Shown piece by piece: positions 28,461-38,344 of a stretch of 64,000 bases of DNA (position 1 is its first letter; every line of letters begins with the position of its first letter). The position numbers and the translations under genes were made by a program. Origin of the DNA: Minisyncoccota bacterium (GTDB taxonomy: Bacteria; Patescibacteriota; Minisyncoccia; Phycocordibacterales; PALSA-1337). The stretch is from assembly GCA_028713005.1 (NCBI GenBank), contig JAQTPC010000003.1, forward strand, positions 13,022 to 77,021, given 5' to 3'. The notes under the pieces are model-generated. The model was given only the letters and a program-made list of their open reading frames with translations, ran no database searches and was not told the origin of the DNA.

Positions 28461-31400
28461 TTATTTCTTGCCTAAGTAATATAAGAATATCGAGAAATCC
28501 ACCGAATCCACCTTACCGTCCCCGTTCATGTCGACATACTTATTTTTAAACGGTGGTTTTGATTTCCAATAATACAGAAGGATAGAGAAATCAATCGAAC
28601 TCGGTTTACCGTCACAATTAAAGTCTCCCTTTACACATACTCCTGTCGGAGTTGGTGCGGGACTCGATGGAGCTCCCCCACTTGATCCTCCTCCTGAACT
28701 ACCTCCACCGGTACTACCCGACTCTGCAGTAGCAGTGAATGAACGAGAAGCGACTGAACTATCAGTGCCGAAGTATCCAACCACTTTAAAATAATAATTT
28801 CCTGGATTTGGAACCGTTGCCGTTAGTGTCGTATTAAAATCTTCACCGGGATTTATGTATTTTGCTGCAACTCCATTAAAGACATCATCCCCCCCTCCAC
28901 ATGCATTATTACTATTCGATACAACACACCATTCGTACTGATATTCATTTCCTGTGAGACCTTCATTGGTGAGAGTCACGTTCGCTGAGATACTTGGTAC
29001 GGTGGTATCAGTCATTGAATTTACTATGACCTGAAGTGGTGTAGTGACAACCGTCCAATAATCATTGGCACCGACTGTTTTTCCGCTTTCAACGTTTGCC
29101 GAGAATGTCGTTTCCCATGTTCCTGCAGCGGCATTTGAAGCAGTTGTATATGAATATGTATATGTACCAACTGAGACGCGTGTCATAGCGACATTATTTA
29201 CCACTATATTTCTACTTGGATCATAAATCGTGACAGTTGGCGGATTGAGGGAATCAGTTAAGGTGCCGTCGAATACTGTATGTACCGTTGCAAGATAATT
29301 TCCTCCTGCTACCACTGAACCAAAATCAGAAACTGTTGTTGACCACGATGCAGCCGTTGATGAAGTAAGTGTTCTGACTGTCGCATTCCAGATATCTGCA
29401 GTCAAAGTGCCAAATGAAGTAAGTGTTCGTGTGCTATATGACCAAATCGTTGCGGGTAGTGATATTATCGTTGACGCTAAACTGCTTGAGGCATTGTTTG
29501 TATTTGTATTAATCGAAGTGATTGCATTTGATACTTGAGAGTTTGTATTTGCATTCACACCAACATTCCCTGTTGTTATAACAGCAGCAAGTGAGGTTGA
29601 AGCGTTGAGAACTGTTGCGTTCGTACTACTGTTAATCGCAGTTTGCGTATTAGCGATACTACCTGCTGTTGAAGCAGTACCCGCAGCGATATTTGCGGCG
29701 AGAGTAGTCGACGCACTGACAACGTCAGCAGCTGTAGCTAGACTGCCAGTATCGAGAGTTCCATCTGAGAGACGGCGTGTAGCGTATGTCCAGACATCGG
29801 CTGCAGTGAGCGACCCTCCTCCACTGGTGAGTGTTCGAGTACCGTTATTCCAGACGTCTGCTGCCAATGTACCAAATGTAGTCAATGAACGAGAAGCTGA
29901 TGACCAGACCGCAGTGGCAATTGTTGATGCTAATGATGTTGAAGCAGTGAGAACTGTAGCGTTCGTATTAGTATTGATTGTTGAAATTGCTGAAGATATC
30001 TGACTATTTGTATTCGCATTCACATCAGTTGTAACTTTGGTGATCGAAGTACCGAGTGACGTAGAGGCGCTCAGCACATTTGAGTTCGTTGTTGTTAGAT
30101 TTGTTCCAACGGTAGCCAGTGTTGTACCAATCGAACTCGACGCACTACTCAACTGACTACTAAGCGCAGCAATATCTGACCAAACGATCGTATCAGTCTT
30201 TGTCTTCACGCCGGTGACATCAGACCAGTTGATGGTATCTGTTTTAGTCTTGATTCCAGTAACATCCGCCCACGCAATCGTATCTGTTTTAGCCTTAATT
30301 TGTCCTGATGAAGTAACAAGTCCCGTTACGTCACTCCATGCAATTGAATCAGTCTTTGTTTTGATTGCAGAAATGTTTCCAGTACCAATCTCGGTAATGA
30401 GAGTAGCTACATTGTTTTTAACCGTCGTTACGTCTGTCCAATCAATCGTATCTGACTTTGCTTTAACTGCGAGCACAAGTGCTGACAATGTTGATGAAGC
30501 ACTATTGGTATTTGCATTAATCGAAGAAACAGCAGATGTCACATCAGACTGAACTGCAAGTGAACCAGAACTTAGAGTAGCGCCAGTGAGGGTTCTGGTT
30601 GCACTACCCCAGACATCTGATGCAAGTGTTCCAAAGGTGGTGAGTGATCGTGTACCAGCTGACCACACGGCTGTTGCAACGTCAGACGTCAAAGTTCCGA
30701 AACTGGTAAGTGTTCGTCCAGTAAAATTCCAGATAAGTGATGGTAGCGATGCTGCGAGTGACGTCGAAGCATTTAGGATGGAGCTATTTGTATTTGCATT
30801 CACGCCAGCATTACCTGTGGTAATCGCAGCGGCCAATGAAGTACTCGCAGAAAGAACTGAAGAGTTTGTATTATTGTTAATCACTGTCTGTGCTCCAGTG
30901 ATATTACCTGCAGTAGCAGCAGTGCCCGCACTAACAGCCGAAGCAATCGAACTCGACGCACTGCTCAACTGACTACTGAGTGCAGCAATATCAGTCCAGG
31001 TGATCGTATCAGTCTTGGTCTTGATACCTGTCACGTTAGTCCAATCGATGGTATCTGTCTTGGTTTTGATGCCTGTCACATCAGCCCATGCGATGGTGTC
31101 TGTCTTTGCTTTGATGAGGCCGTTTGAGGTGACGAGACCGGTGACGTCAGACCAGATGATACTGTCTGTCTTTGTTTTAATAGCTGAAATGTTTCCTGTA
31201 CCGATTTCCGTAATGAGGGTAGCTACGTTGTTTTTGACGGTGGTGACATCAGACCAGTTGATTGAGTCTGTTTGTGTTTTGATGGCAAGTACTACCCCAC
31301 CCAAACTGGTTGAGGCAATGTTTGTGTTGCTGTTGATGGCAGTGATAGCTGCGGCGACTTGGACGTTCGTGTTGCTGTTGATACCTGCAATTGAGGTGCC

Positions 31401-32624
31401 GAGAGATGTTGATGCACTGACAACATCAGCAGCAGTAGCTAGACTGCCAGTATCGAGAGTTCCATCTGAAAGACGACGTGTACCATATGTCCATACATCA
31501 GCTGCGGTAAGTGTACCCCCTCCTGAAGTGAGTGTACGGGTGCCATTGTTCCAGATATCAGCCGCTAATGTGCCGAATGTAGTCAATGAACGAGAAGCGG
31601 AAGACCATACTGCAGAAGCAATTGTCGATGCAAGTGACGTTGAGGCATTTAAGACAGTAGCATTTGTATTTGCATTCACACCAGCATTCCCCGCTGTAAC
31701 TGCAGCTGCTAATGAAGTACTCGCAGAAAGTACTGCTGAGTTAGTGTTGCTATTGATTGCAGATTGAGCAGCACTAATATTTCCTGCTGTTGAAACAGTA
31801 CCCGCAGTAATACTTGTAGCAAGAGAAGATGAAGCGTTCGTTACATCAGATTGCGTAGCAAGCGATCCTGATGACAATGTGGCATCAGTTAAGTTACGAG
31901 TACCGTATGTCCATACGTCGGCTGCTGTAAGAGACCCTCCCCCTGAAGTGAGCGTGCGAGTACCATTTGCCCAAATATCAGCTACGAGTGTTCCAAAGGT
32001 GGTGAGTGATCGTGTTGGTGAAGCCCAGACAGCAGCTGGTAATGTTGAATAAAGCGAAGATGATGCGTTATTGATATCTTGCTGTGTAGCAAGTGATCCT
32101 GAAGTCAAACCTGCACCCGTCAGTGTTCGTGTTGAATTGTTCCAGACGTCTGCAACAAGTGTACCTACGGAGGTAAGTGTACGAGTGGCATTATTCCAAA
32201 CTGATGTAGCAAGAGTACTACTTGAAACAACTGTTGCACCGACTGAAAACGTTTTATCCATCTTCACCAAATCCCCTGTTGACACACTTCCACATGTCAT
32301 ACTCGCTGGCCATACACCTTCGGGACCAGAGGATGGTATCGAATAGCTATAGTGCGTCCAACCGTTTGCATCTGCTGTCATGGACGCGGCATTTACCAGT
32401 AATGTGCCACTCGGGTTATAAACAGACAAAACACAACCCGCGGTAGTCGTGGCCACAAAATTGTCATCATACACAAACTCACCGATAACTGCCGTATCCC
32501 CACTTGCATAACGTTCATATGCAGCGTGAACAACAAAAAAACCGTATCCTAATGCGAATGTAAGAAAAAACGCGAATAAAGATACTTTACCTAGCCTATT
32601 GGGTAGTAGTGTACGAACTGGCAT
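28461..32624 (-). CDS. Giant Thr/Ser/Ala-rich tandem-repeat surface protein with C-terminal type-I-like dockerin module
   Basis: 1387 aa; N-terminal TM/signal; ~280-430 aa units repeated about three times; C-terminal double Ca-binding dockerin repeats DFNCDGKPSSIDFSILLYY and DMNGDGKVDSVDFSIFLYY. Confidence 0.7.
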   Translation of the reverse strand: MPVRTLLPNRLGKVSLFAFFLTFALGYGFFVVHAAYERYASGDTAVIGEFVYDDNFVATTTAGCVLSVYNPSGTLLVNAASMTADANGWTHYSYSIPSSGPEGVWPASMTCGSVSTGDLVKMDKTFSVGATVVSSSTLATSVWNNATRTLTSVGTLVADVWNNSTRTLTGAGLTSGSLATQQDINNASSSLYSTLPAAVWASPTRSLTTFGTLVADIWANGTRTLTSGGGSLTAADVWTYGTRNLTDATLSSGSLATQSDVTNASSSLATSITAGTVSTAGNISAAQSAINSNTNSAVLSASTSLAAAVTAGNAGVNANTNATVLNASTSLASTIASAVWSSASRSLTTFGTLAADIWNNGTRTLTSGGGTLTAADVWTYGTRRLSDGTLDTGSLATAADVVSASTSLGTSIAGINSNTNVQVAAAITAINSNTNIASTSLGGVVLAIKTQTDSINWSDVTTVKNNVATLITEIGTGNISAIKTKTDSIIWSDVTGLVTSNGLIKAKTDTIAWADVTGIKTKTDTIDWTNVTGIKTKTDTITWTDIAALSSQLSSASSSIASAVSAGTAATAGNITGAQTVINNNTNSSVLSASTSLAAAITTGNAGVNANTNSSILNASTSLAASLPSLIWNFTGRTLTSFGTLTSDVATAVWSAGTRSLTTFGTLASDVWGSATRTLTGATLSSGSLAVQSDVTSAVSSINANTNSASSTLSALVLAVKAKSDTIDWTDVTTVKNNVATLITEIGTGNISAIKTKTDSIAWSDVTGLVTSSGQIKAKTDTIAWADVTGIKTKTDTINWSDVTGVKTKTDTIVWSDIAALSSQLSSASSSIGTTLATVGTNLTTTNSNVLSASTSLGTSITKVTTDVNANTNSQISSAISTINTNTNATVLTASTSLASTIATAVWSSASRSLTTFGTLAADVWNNGTRTLTSGGGSLTAADVWTYATRRLSDGTLDTGSLATAADVVSASTTLAANIAAGTASTAGSIANTQTAINSSTNATVLNASTSLAAVITTGNVGVNANTNSQVSNAITSINTNTNNASSSLASTIISLPATIWSYSTRTLTSFGTLTADIWNATVRTLTSSTAASWSTTVSDFGSVVAGGNYLATVHTVFDGTLTDSLNPPTVTIYDPSRNIVVNNVAMTRVSVGTYTYSYTTASNAAAGTWETTFSANVESGKTVGANDYWTVVTTPLQVIVNSMTDTTVPSISANVTLTNEGLTGNEYQYEWCVVSNSNNACGGGDDVFNGVAAKYINPGEDFNTTLTATVPNPGNYYFKVVGYFGTDSSVASRSFTATAESGSTGGGSSGGGSSGGAPSSPAPTPTGVCVKGDFNCDGKPSSIDFSILLYYWKSKPPFKNKYVDMNGDGKVDSVDFSIFLYYLGKK
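29450..31800 (-). repeat. Long in-frame tandem DNA repeats within the giant surface-protein gene
   Basis: Near-identical blocks encoding SASTSLAAA[IV]T[AT]GNAGVNANTN..., WSDVTGLVTS[NS]G[LQ]IKAKTDTIAWADVTGIKTKTDTI... recur at ~840-1300 nt spacing. Confidence 0.7.
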
Positions 32625-32647
32625 TTATTTATAGCAGAAAAGAACAA

Positions 32648-32821
32648 CCGGACTTACAAACATGAACTATGACTTCTTCTTTGTATCCTCAGTAGGATTT
32701 GTCTTGTCGCTAAAACCACCACGAATATGACGAATTGCATCTCCGATGCCGCGTGCAAGTTCAGGAATCTTCTTTGCACCAAAAAGAAGGACGATAATGA
32801 CTGCAATGATGATTATTTCCT
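32648..32821 (-). CDS. tatA: Twin-arginine translocase subunit TatA/E (57 aa; below ORF-table size cut-off)
   Basis: Own translation: MFDIGTKEIIIIAVIIVLLFGAKKIPELARGIGDAIRHIRGG... matches TatA TM plus amphipathic helix. Confidence 0.75.
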
Positions 32822-32832
32822 TTGTTCCAATA

Positions 32833-33552
32833 TCAAACATGTTTTTTAATATTACGATTTATAAAGATTGATCCTTCATATAGAAGTATCAAAGGTAGTG
32901 ACATTACCATCAATGATAAGCCATCAGTTGGTGGAAGTAAAGATACCAATATCACCACAATTACATAGGCGACACGGCGTTTTTCCTTTAAAAAGGTTAC
33001 GTCCATAGCACCTAAGCGCATGAGGATTGTAAGAACGAGTGGCATCTGGAAAATGAAGCCTAAAAGGAGTGCGGTCATGTATGTCTGAGAAACAAATAAG
33101 CCAATATCCCATATATTTTGTAAGCCGATACTCTGCCCAAATACTGAAAGCAAGCTAAACGAGTAATACAAAATGAAAAAAGCATATGCAAAACCCAACA
33201 TAAACAACAATACACTCACTGGCACATACATAAGGAGCTTTCGTTTTTCTTTTTGAGAAAGTGCCTTAGATGAAAAAGCGAAGAAATGATACAACAACAC
33301 AGGAATTGAAATAGAAAATGCACAAAAAAGACCGATGTCCATTGAAAGATTCGCGAGCTGAAATGGTGACGTTGCTGCAACAACAACATTATTCATTTTG
33401 AATATACGCAACAACAATCTCAGGATCGGACCAGAACATGAAAAGCCGACGAAAAACGTTACCGCAAAAATAATCGTAGTTTTATACAGGCGTATTCGTA
33501 TATCTTCGAGGTACGGAGTGAATTTCGAGACAAGTTCTTTGATACGTTCCAT
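32833..33552 (-). CDS. tatC: Twin-arginine translocase subunit TatC
   Basis: 239 aa; 6-TM TatC architecture, N-terminal MERIKELVSKFTPYLEDIRIRL. Confidence 0.85.
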   Translation of the reverse strand: MERIKELVSKFTPYLEDIRIRLYKTTIIFAVTFFVGFSCSGPILRLLLRIFKMNNVVVAATSPFQLANLSMDIGLFCAFSISIPVLLYHFFAFSSKALSQKEKRKLLMYVPVSVLLFMLGFAYAFFILYYSFSLLSVFGQSIGLQNIWDIGLFVSQTYMTALLLGFIFQMPLVLTILMRLGAMDVTFLKEKRRVAYVIVVILVSLLPPTDGLSLMVMSLPLILLYEGSIFINRNIKKHV

Positions 33553-33570
33553 GTGCTGAATAGTACACCA

Positions 33571-33756
33571 CTATTCGGACATAATGAAGATATTGCCACC
33601 TCCTCCACCAGTTATAAGCGGTGTTTCCATCAAGAGATACTGGGCACCACTAGATTCAACTAAAATATCAAGAGCGGGATTAGATATTCCCGTAGGCACT
33701 TCGAGGGTAAAGTCCTGCCCGTCCCCTTCTTGAAAATTAATGTCTGTTAACGCCAT
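33571..33756 (-). CDS. Small hypothetical protein, Gly-rich C-terminus (TGGGGGNIFIM)
   Basis: 61 aa ORF tightly packed between tatC and upstream gene; no motif recognised. Confidence 0.3.
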   Translation of the reverse strand: MALTDINFQEGDGQDFTLEVPTGISNPALDILVESSGAQYLLMETPLITGGGGGNIFIMSE

Positions 33757-33759
33757 ATA

Positions 33760-34587
33760 TTATAAACCTAGTTTTCTGCCGATTTGTTTCTTTGCAAATG
33801 CAATCACTGGATTTTTACTTGAAAGCGCCTGAACACCATCATTCAATATTTCTGGTGTTGTTGTTGATGCGTCAGTATTGATAACAGGAACAGTGCTTGA
33901 TGCGGTATCGATAACATCTTGTGTTGATGATGACACGACAGGGTCAACTATTACGTCAGGTGTCGTTGAACTGGTATCAGTATCGAGATCAGGAACATCA
34001 AGGGTCGTGGTTGCATTAGTTGATGTTGCAGTATCATTTGGAATATCAAATGCAGGTGTCGTTGTTGAAAATGGTGATGTTGAGGTAGAGACTGATGTAT
34101 CGACATTTGTTGCAGGAGTTGTGGTTGAAAAAGTACTTTGAGGAGTAGATGTGGCAGTGTTTGTATCGATAACATTCTCAGTTGGTGTAACCTGCTGAGG
34201 AACAACAACCTTTTGTTCTACAGGAACATCAACTTGATCTTTCCTCAACTCCCTCTTTCCAGGACCACCGCGTCTTTTTATAACTCTACCGACAAATTTT
34301 GCTGCAGGCTTTTTGCCATCCATCAACTTTCTATTATTAATCACTTCATCATGTGGCACATTCGCAAGAAGTGCGGCAACCTGATCTTCAGTTAATTCTT
34401 CTGTTTGACCATATATCGGACCACCAAATACAACATACTGTGCTTGATACATGCATGTCGGAATATTTGGGTCTGCGCCCTCAACATAACATTCGATGAG
34501 GTCGGTCTCATTGTAATCCCCTGTTGGTACAGCGGCACGAATCTTTGAATCATCCTTGAGTTGTTGATCTTGTTCGATGTGTATCAT
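33760..34587 (-). CDS. Hypothetical protein with Thr/Ser-rich C-terminal half
   Basis: 275 aa; low-complexity T/S/P region typical of O-glycosylated or surface linkers. Confidence 0.45.
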   Translation of the reverse strand: MIHIEQDQQLKDDSKIRAAVPTGDYNETDLIECYVEGADPNIPTCMYQAQYVVFGGPIYGQTEELTEDQVAALLANVPHDEVINNRKLMDGKKPAAKFVGRVIKRRGGPGKRELRKDQVDVPVEQKVVVPQQVTPTENVIDTNTATSTPQSTFSTTTPATNVDTSVSTSTSPFSTTTPAFDIPNDTATSTNATTTLDVPDLDTDTSSTTPDVIVDPVVSSSTQDVIDTASSTVPVINTDASTTTPEILNDGVQALSSKNPVIAFAKKQIGRKLGL

Positions 34588-34591
34588 GGGA

Positions 34592-36745
34592 TTAATTTTG
34601 TGTTAACAATGCACGAACTTTTATATTGTCACCGAGTGTTGTTGGTGTGTAACGAATATAGGTCGTCTCATTTGCCTTATCAGATGTATCGTACGCACCA
34701 TATGAACTACCGTCATTTGTTGATTTTGTCCACGTGCCAGATGCTGACGATGTAGTTGTATCATCGAGCAACAATCCTCCGGTAACCGCATTATAAAGAC
34801 GTATACGCATGGTTGGTACCGTACCACCAAAAGCAGTCGAGAATCTCCATGCGAAGTATTTACTTGCTGCACTCGATTGGGTCACTGATGGTTGGTAGTG
34901 GGAGTCAGTACCCAAATCTTCATAAATGACACCTGTAGCACAAATTCTTGCTGGCAGACCAAGTGTTCCAATCGTACGAAACTCTATCATCAACTGTATA
35001 CTTGTTGAACCATCAATTGAAGCTGTTCCTGTACTATCGAGCAATGTCCACGAGCCCGAATCATCCGTTATACCTGCGGTACGGTAATACATACGATATG
35101 GTTCTGTATTGAGACCAAGATTTTTACCTGTTGCACCACCAACAACCTGTACTTCTTGAGTGAAAAATTGAGTAAATTTTGAAACTTCTGGCGTAGATAT
35201 AGCTGGTAGAACTAGGCGCGAATCAGTGATTGATGCATATTCCCAATCAGCACTCAATGGCAAAGCATACAAGCGGTTTGTCGATGATGTTGTACCCATA
35301 GTTGCAACATAACAAAGCCCCCCTTCTGACCAGATCGAATACGCACCACCTGTCTGAGATGCAATCGGCGTTGATGTGGCATCAGCGTTTGAAAGATCAA
35401 GCTGAAACGTGTTAACTCCCCATATTCTATCAAGTTGACCCGCATCAGTACGAAACTGTGTTACGTAGTTACGTTGCGTAGCACCCGTGGCAATTATAAA
35501 TTTATCGATTGCCGCCGCAAATTCAATTGAACCCATAGCACCTGAAGCAGCAAATGTATTGACACCCCCTGGTGGAACTTCAGTCATGACATATCCTGAT
35601 GATAACCATGTTGTTGAACCGCTTGTAATATTTGATGTAAGCGCTGCATACACACGTGAAGCAGTCGTAAAATACAATGCTTCTTGACCAGAATATGGAC
35701 CGTGATTAGTAGTTGCCATACGTCCATTATTTAACTGTGTTGGAGCACCAGTGATAACACCACCTGAACCTGTCTTATACTGTATACCGTTTGCAGTATC
35801 TTTTCCGGCAGTGAGTGTAAGTGCGGCGCGTATGTTGTATTTGAACACAACTGGGTTTGCGAGTGTATCGAGCACGTACACCATATGTGAAGTCGGACTT
35901 GTTCGTGTCGACACAGCAAGACCGAAACTAACGGTGTTAGTAACTGTCGATGCATCGGCGAGCCAATAACATGCACGAATATTATCAACCGTTGTAGCAG
36001 CCGGGACTGTACCACCAACGTTTGAGAATGCATTGAAATTCAGTCCTTTGACTACATACAAACCACCGTTTGTTGCTGTGGCATTTGTCGTTGCCATAAT
36101 GCAACGCAAATCTTCTATGACATATGCGGTACCACCGGCAATTGTTCCGGCGGTAGTAGTAAGAGTAATTGAGGTATCAGAACCAATAGCAGATATTTCA
36201 TACCATGTCGTTATTTGTGTTGGATCTGTCGAACCAAAACCGATACGATTACCTACACAGACTTTATTTGTACTAAACAACGTACTTGTTCCCGACACAG
36301 CTGTACCAGAAACTGAAACTGTTCCAGTAATTTCCAAATCATATGCCATACGAAAACCACGAATGGTATACGCGGTGGCAGTCGGAAATGTGACTGTTAC
36401 AAAACCTTGCCAATTCCACACTGCACTCCTGCGATTAAATGTATATGCATTGATACGACGAGTTGCGGCTGCGGTAGAAAGGTCAGCAAGAAATATCCAG
36501 TCCAACTCCCCTGCTGCGTTGTTTTGCCACTGCATAGCCCACGGAAACTGAGAAGCAATGGTTGTTGTCTGCTCCATTGGACGAGCAACTGTTGTTGGAA
36601 CTGGGCCTGCATAACCCGCTTCACCTGAACCAGACTGTTGATATATCAAGTTTCCAAGACCAAGCTTGGTCGAATCATACGAATCAACACCATATCTATA
36701 TGTTGATTGTGAACCCAATCGTTGTATTACTGCTCGTGTTGCCAT
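34592..36745 (-). CDS. Large hypothetical Thr/Ser/Gly/Ala-rich protein (possible surface-layer or structural protein), no signal peptide
   Basis: 717 aa continuous ORF; beta-rich composition. Confidence 0.5.
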   Translation of the reverse strand: MATRAVIQRLGSQSTYRYGVDSYDSTKLGLGNLIYQQSGSGEAGYAGPVPTTVARPMEQTTTIASQFPWAMQWQNNAAGELDWIFLADLSTAAATRRINAYTFNRRSAVWNWQGFVTVTFPTATAYTIRGFRMAYDLEITGTVSVSGTAVSGTSTLFSTNKVCVGNRIGFGSTDPTQITTWYEISAIGSDTSITLTTTAGTIAGGTAYVIEDLRCIMATTNATATNGGLYVVKGLNFNAFSNVGGTVPAATTVDNIRACYWLADASTVTNTVSFGLAVSTRTSPTSHMVYVLDTLANPVVFKYNIRAALTLTAGKDTANGIQYKTGSGGVITGAPTQLNNGRMATTNHGPYSGQEALYFTTASRVYAALTSNITSGSTTWLSSGYVMTEVPPGGVNTFAASGAMGSIEFAAAIDKFIIATGATQRNYVTQFRTDAGQLDRIWGVNTFQLDLSNADATSTPIASQTGGAYSIWSEGGLCYVATMGTTSSTNRLYALPLSADWEYASITDSRLVLPAISTPEVSKFTQFFTQEVQVVGGATGKNLGLNTEPYRMYYRTAGITDDSGSWTLLDSTGTASIDGSTSIQLMIEFRTIGTLGLPARICATGVIYEDLGTDSHYQPSVTQSSAASKYFAWRFSTAFGGTVPTMRIRLYNAVTGGLLLDDTTTSSASGTWTKSTNDGSSYGAYDTSDKANETTYIRYTPTTLGDNIKVRALLTQN

Positions 36746-36754
36746 ATATGATGA

Positions 36755-37396
36755 TTAGACTTCCAAATAATCGATGTTAATTTGCACTGTAGTAGTACCC
36801 GATATAACACAGTATAACACCTCGTCGATACCACCCTCAATATAATTTGGGTGATTGTTTGCACCATACAGTCCACCAGCCTTTGGTGACACATATTTTT
36901 CATGATCTGTTCCTCCACTCGTAAATCTGAAGGATACTGATGCAGCATCTGCTGTCAACGAGAAACGTGAAGCGTACACACGAATCTTCTTTCCTGAAGC
37001 CGGAGTTCTTACAGTACCTGATGCGGAAAGTGAGATAGTGAGTTTTGTAACACCTTGACCTGCAATAAGAGACGAGAGCGTATCTTCAGTAGCAGGATTT
37101 ATGCGAGTATTACTTGAATTTTTGACACCCACAACACTTGAAGAAGGTGTACTACCCATCACCAAAGCCTCTGATTTCTTTGGGAGAATCTGCGATGCTA
37201 CAAGTCCGGCACCAGCAATGCCCAAGGCTTTGAGAAATACTCTTTTATTATCATCCGTGACTGCCGAAGCCTGATTTGTGTTATTTTTTGCAGAAGAAAA
37301 AGTGCCCTGTTTATGTTCAACAGACGTTTGCGTCTTTTCTATGGTTTCATTTTGAATGAATCGAAAAGAATGTTTGTTAGCAAGCATAAAAAGCAA
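36755..37396 (-). CDS. Hypothetical exported protein with twin-arginine-like (KR variant) signal: DNKRVFLKALGIAGAGLVASQILP
   Basis: 213 aa; S/T-K-R-x-F-L-K motif followed by h-region and SEA-type cleavage region; located in same minus-strand block as tatAC. Confidence 0.5.
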   Translation of the reverse strand: MLFMLANKHSFRFIQNETIEKTQTSVEHKQGTFSSAKNNTNQASAVTDDNKRVFLKALGIAGAGLVASQILPKKSEALVMGSTPSSSVVGVKNSSNTRINPATEDTLSSLIAGQGVTKLTISLSASGTVRTPASGKKIRVYASRFSLTADAASVSFRFTSGGTDHEKYVSPKAGGLYGANNHPNYIEGGIDEVLYCVISGTTTVQINIDYLEV

Positions 37397-37454
37397 TGGG
37401 TATTTGCTACAATTATCGTTTATTTACCTTGAGCGTGCAAGGTATAGCTCCCTA

Positions 37455-38327
37455 TTATGAACTTCTTAGTGACTTAAACTGGTTCTGGGCACATTTTTTG
37501 CAACAAAGAACCTTTCTCGAGGGACGGACTGAATCATCAGAATAATAATTTTCAGTTTGGGATTTACAAAATGCGCATGTTCCTACGACGATCTTATCTG
37601 GAGTCGGAACTACATCTGTCGTCATGCGGTTATCGAATACGAAGAGCGTTCCTTTGAAATTGCTACCCGGATACTCCTTCATATAGGTATGTATGCCATC
37701 CTTGAGTTGGTAGATATCGGTAAAGCCCTCCCTCTTGAGCAGACATGTGGCTTTCTCGCAGCGTATGCCGCCAGTGCAGACAGTCACCACTTTTTTATTT
37801 TTGAGCTTGGCGAGCTTTTTAATTTTATTCGGCAGGTCGCGAAAGTTCTTGAGCCCCGGATCGATAGTGCGCTCAAATTTTCCACTTGCTATCTCATAGT
37901 CATTACGTAGATCGAGAACGATAAAATCTTTATTTTCTTTGTACCATTTCTCGAGCTCTTTGGCTGGCAGTTGTGTAGCTGTCTCCCTCTTCACATTGAA
38001 CTTCCCTGCACCGAGAGTAACGATCTCATCACGTACTTTGACTGCGAGACGAGGAAAAGCAGAACCAGTACCAACACTTTCTTTGATAACAACTTTTTTG
38101 AATAGAGGATCACGTTTAAGAAAACGTTTATATTTATCTGTATTTTCTGTAGTTCCTTCGAAGGTAGCGTTGACCCCCTCTTCCCCAACGATCATGCGGC
38201 CCTTGAGACCAAGAGCTTGGCACTTGGTACGATGAAGTTCTGCGAACTTCACCGGGTTGCGGATACGCGTAAAGGTATAAAAAAGGAGGATGGTATATGC
38301 AGACTTAGTCATGACAGTAATATACAC
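37455..38327 (-). CDS. trhO: Rhodanese-domain tRNA U34 hydroxylase TrhO (YceA/UPF0176 family)
   Basis: 290 aa; rhodanese active-site CTGGIRCEK and C-terminal Cys cluster. Confidence 0.75.
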   Translation of the reverse strand: MYITVMTKSAYTILLFYTFTRIRNPVKFAELHRTKCQALGLKGRMIVGEEGVNATFEGTTENTDKYKRFLKRDPLFKKVVIKESVGTGSAFPRLAVKVRDEIVTLGAGKFNVKRETATQLPAKELEKWYKENKDFIVLDLRNDYEIASGKFERTIDPGLKNFRDLPNKIKKLAKLKNKKVVTVCTGGIRCEKATCLLKREGFTDIYQLKDGIHTYMKEYPGSNFKGTLFVFDNRMTTDVVPTPDKIVVGTCAFCKSQTENYYSDDSVRPSRKVLCCKKCAQNQFKSLRSS

Positions 38328-38344
38328 GGAATCACCCTTCTATA

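Noticed and set aside
29605-31767. Plus-strand ORFs 29605..30003, 30214..30552, 30586..30972 and 31000..31767 antisense to the giant gene
   Set aside because: They are Val/Ala/Ser-rich antisense translations of a repetitive Thr/Ser-coding gene and mirror its repeat structure; no start context; spurious.
28461-32624. Highly repetitive DNA that might be taken for a CRISPR or satellite array
   Set aside because: The repeats are long (hundreds of nt), in-frame and coding within one continuous 1387-aa ORF, with no short spacer/repeat periodicity; they are protein tandem repeats.
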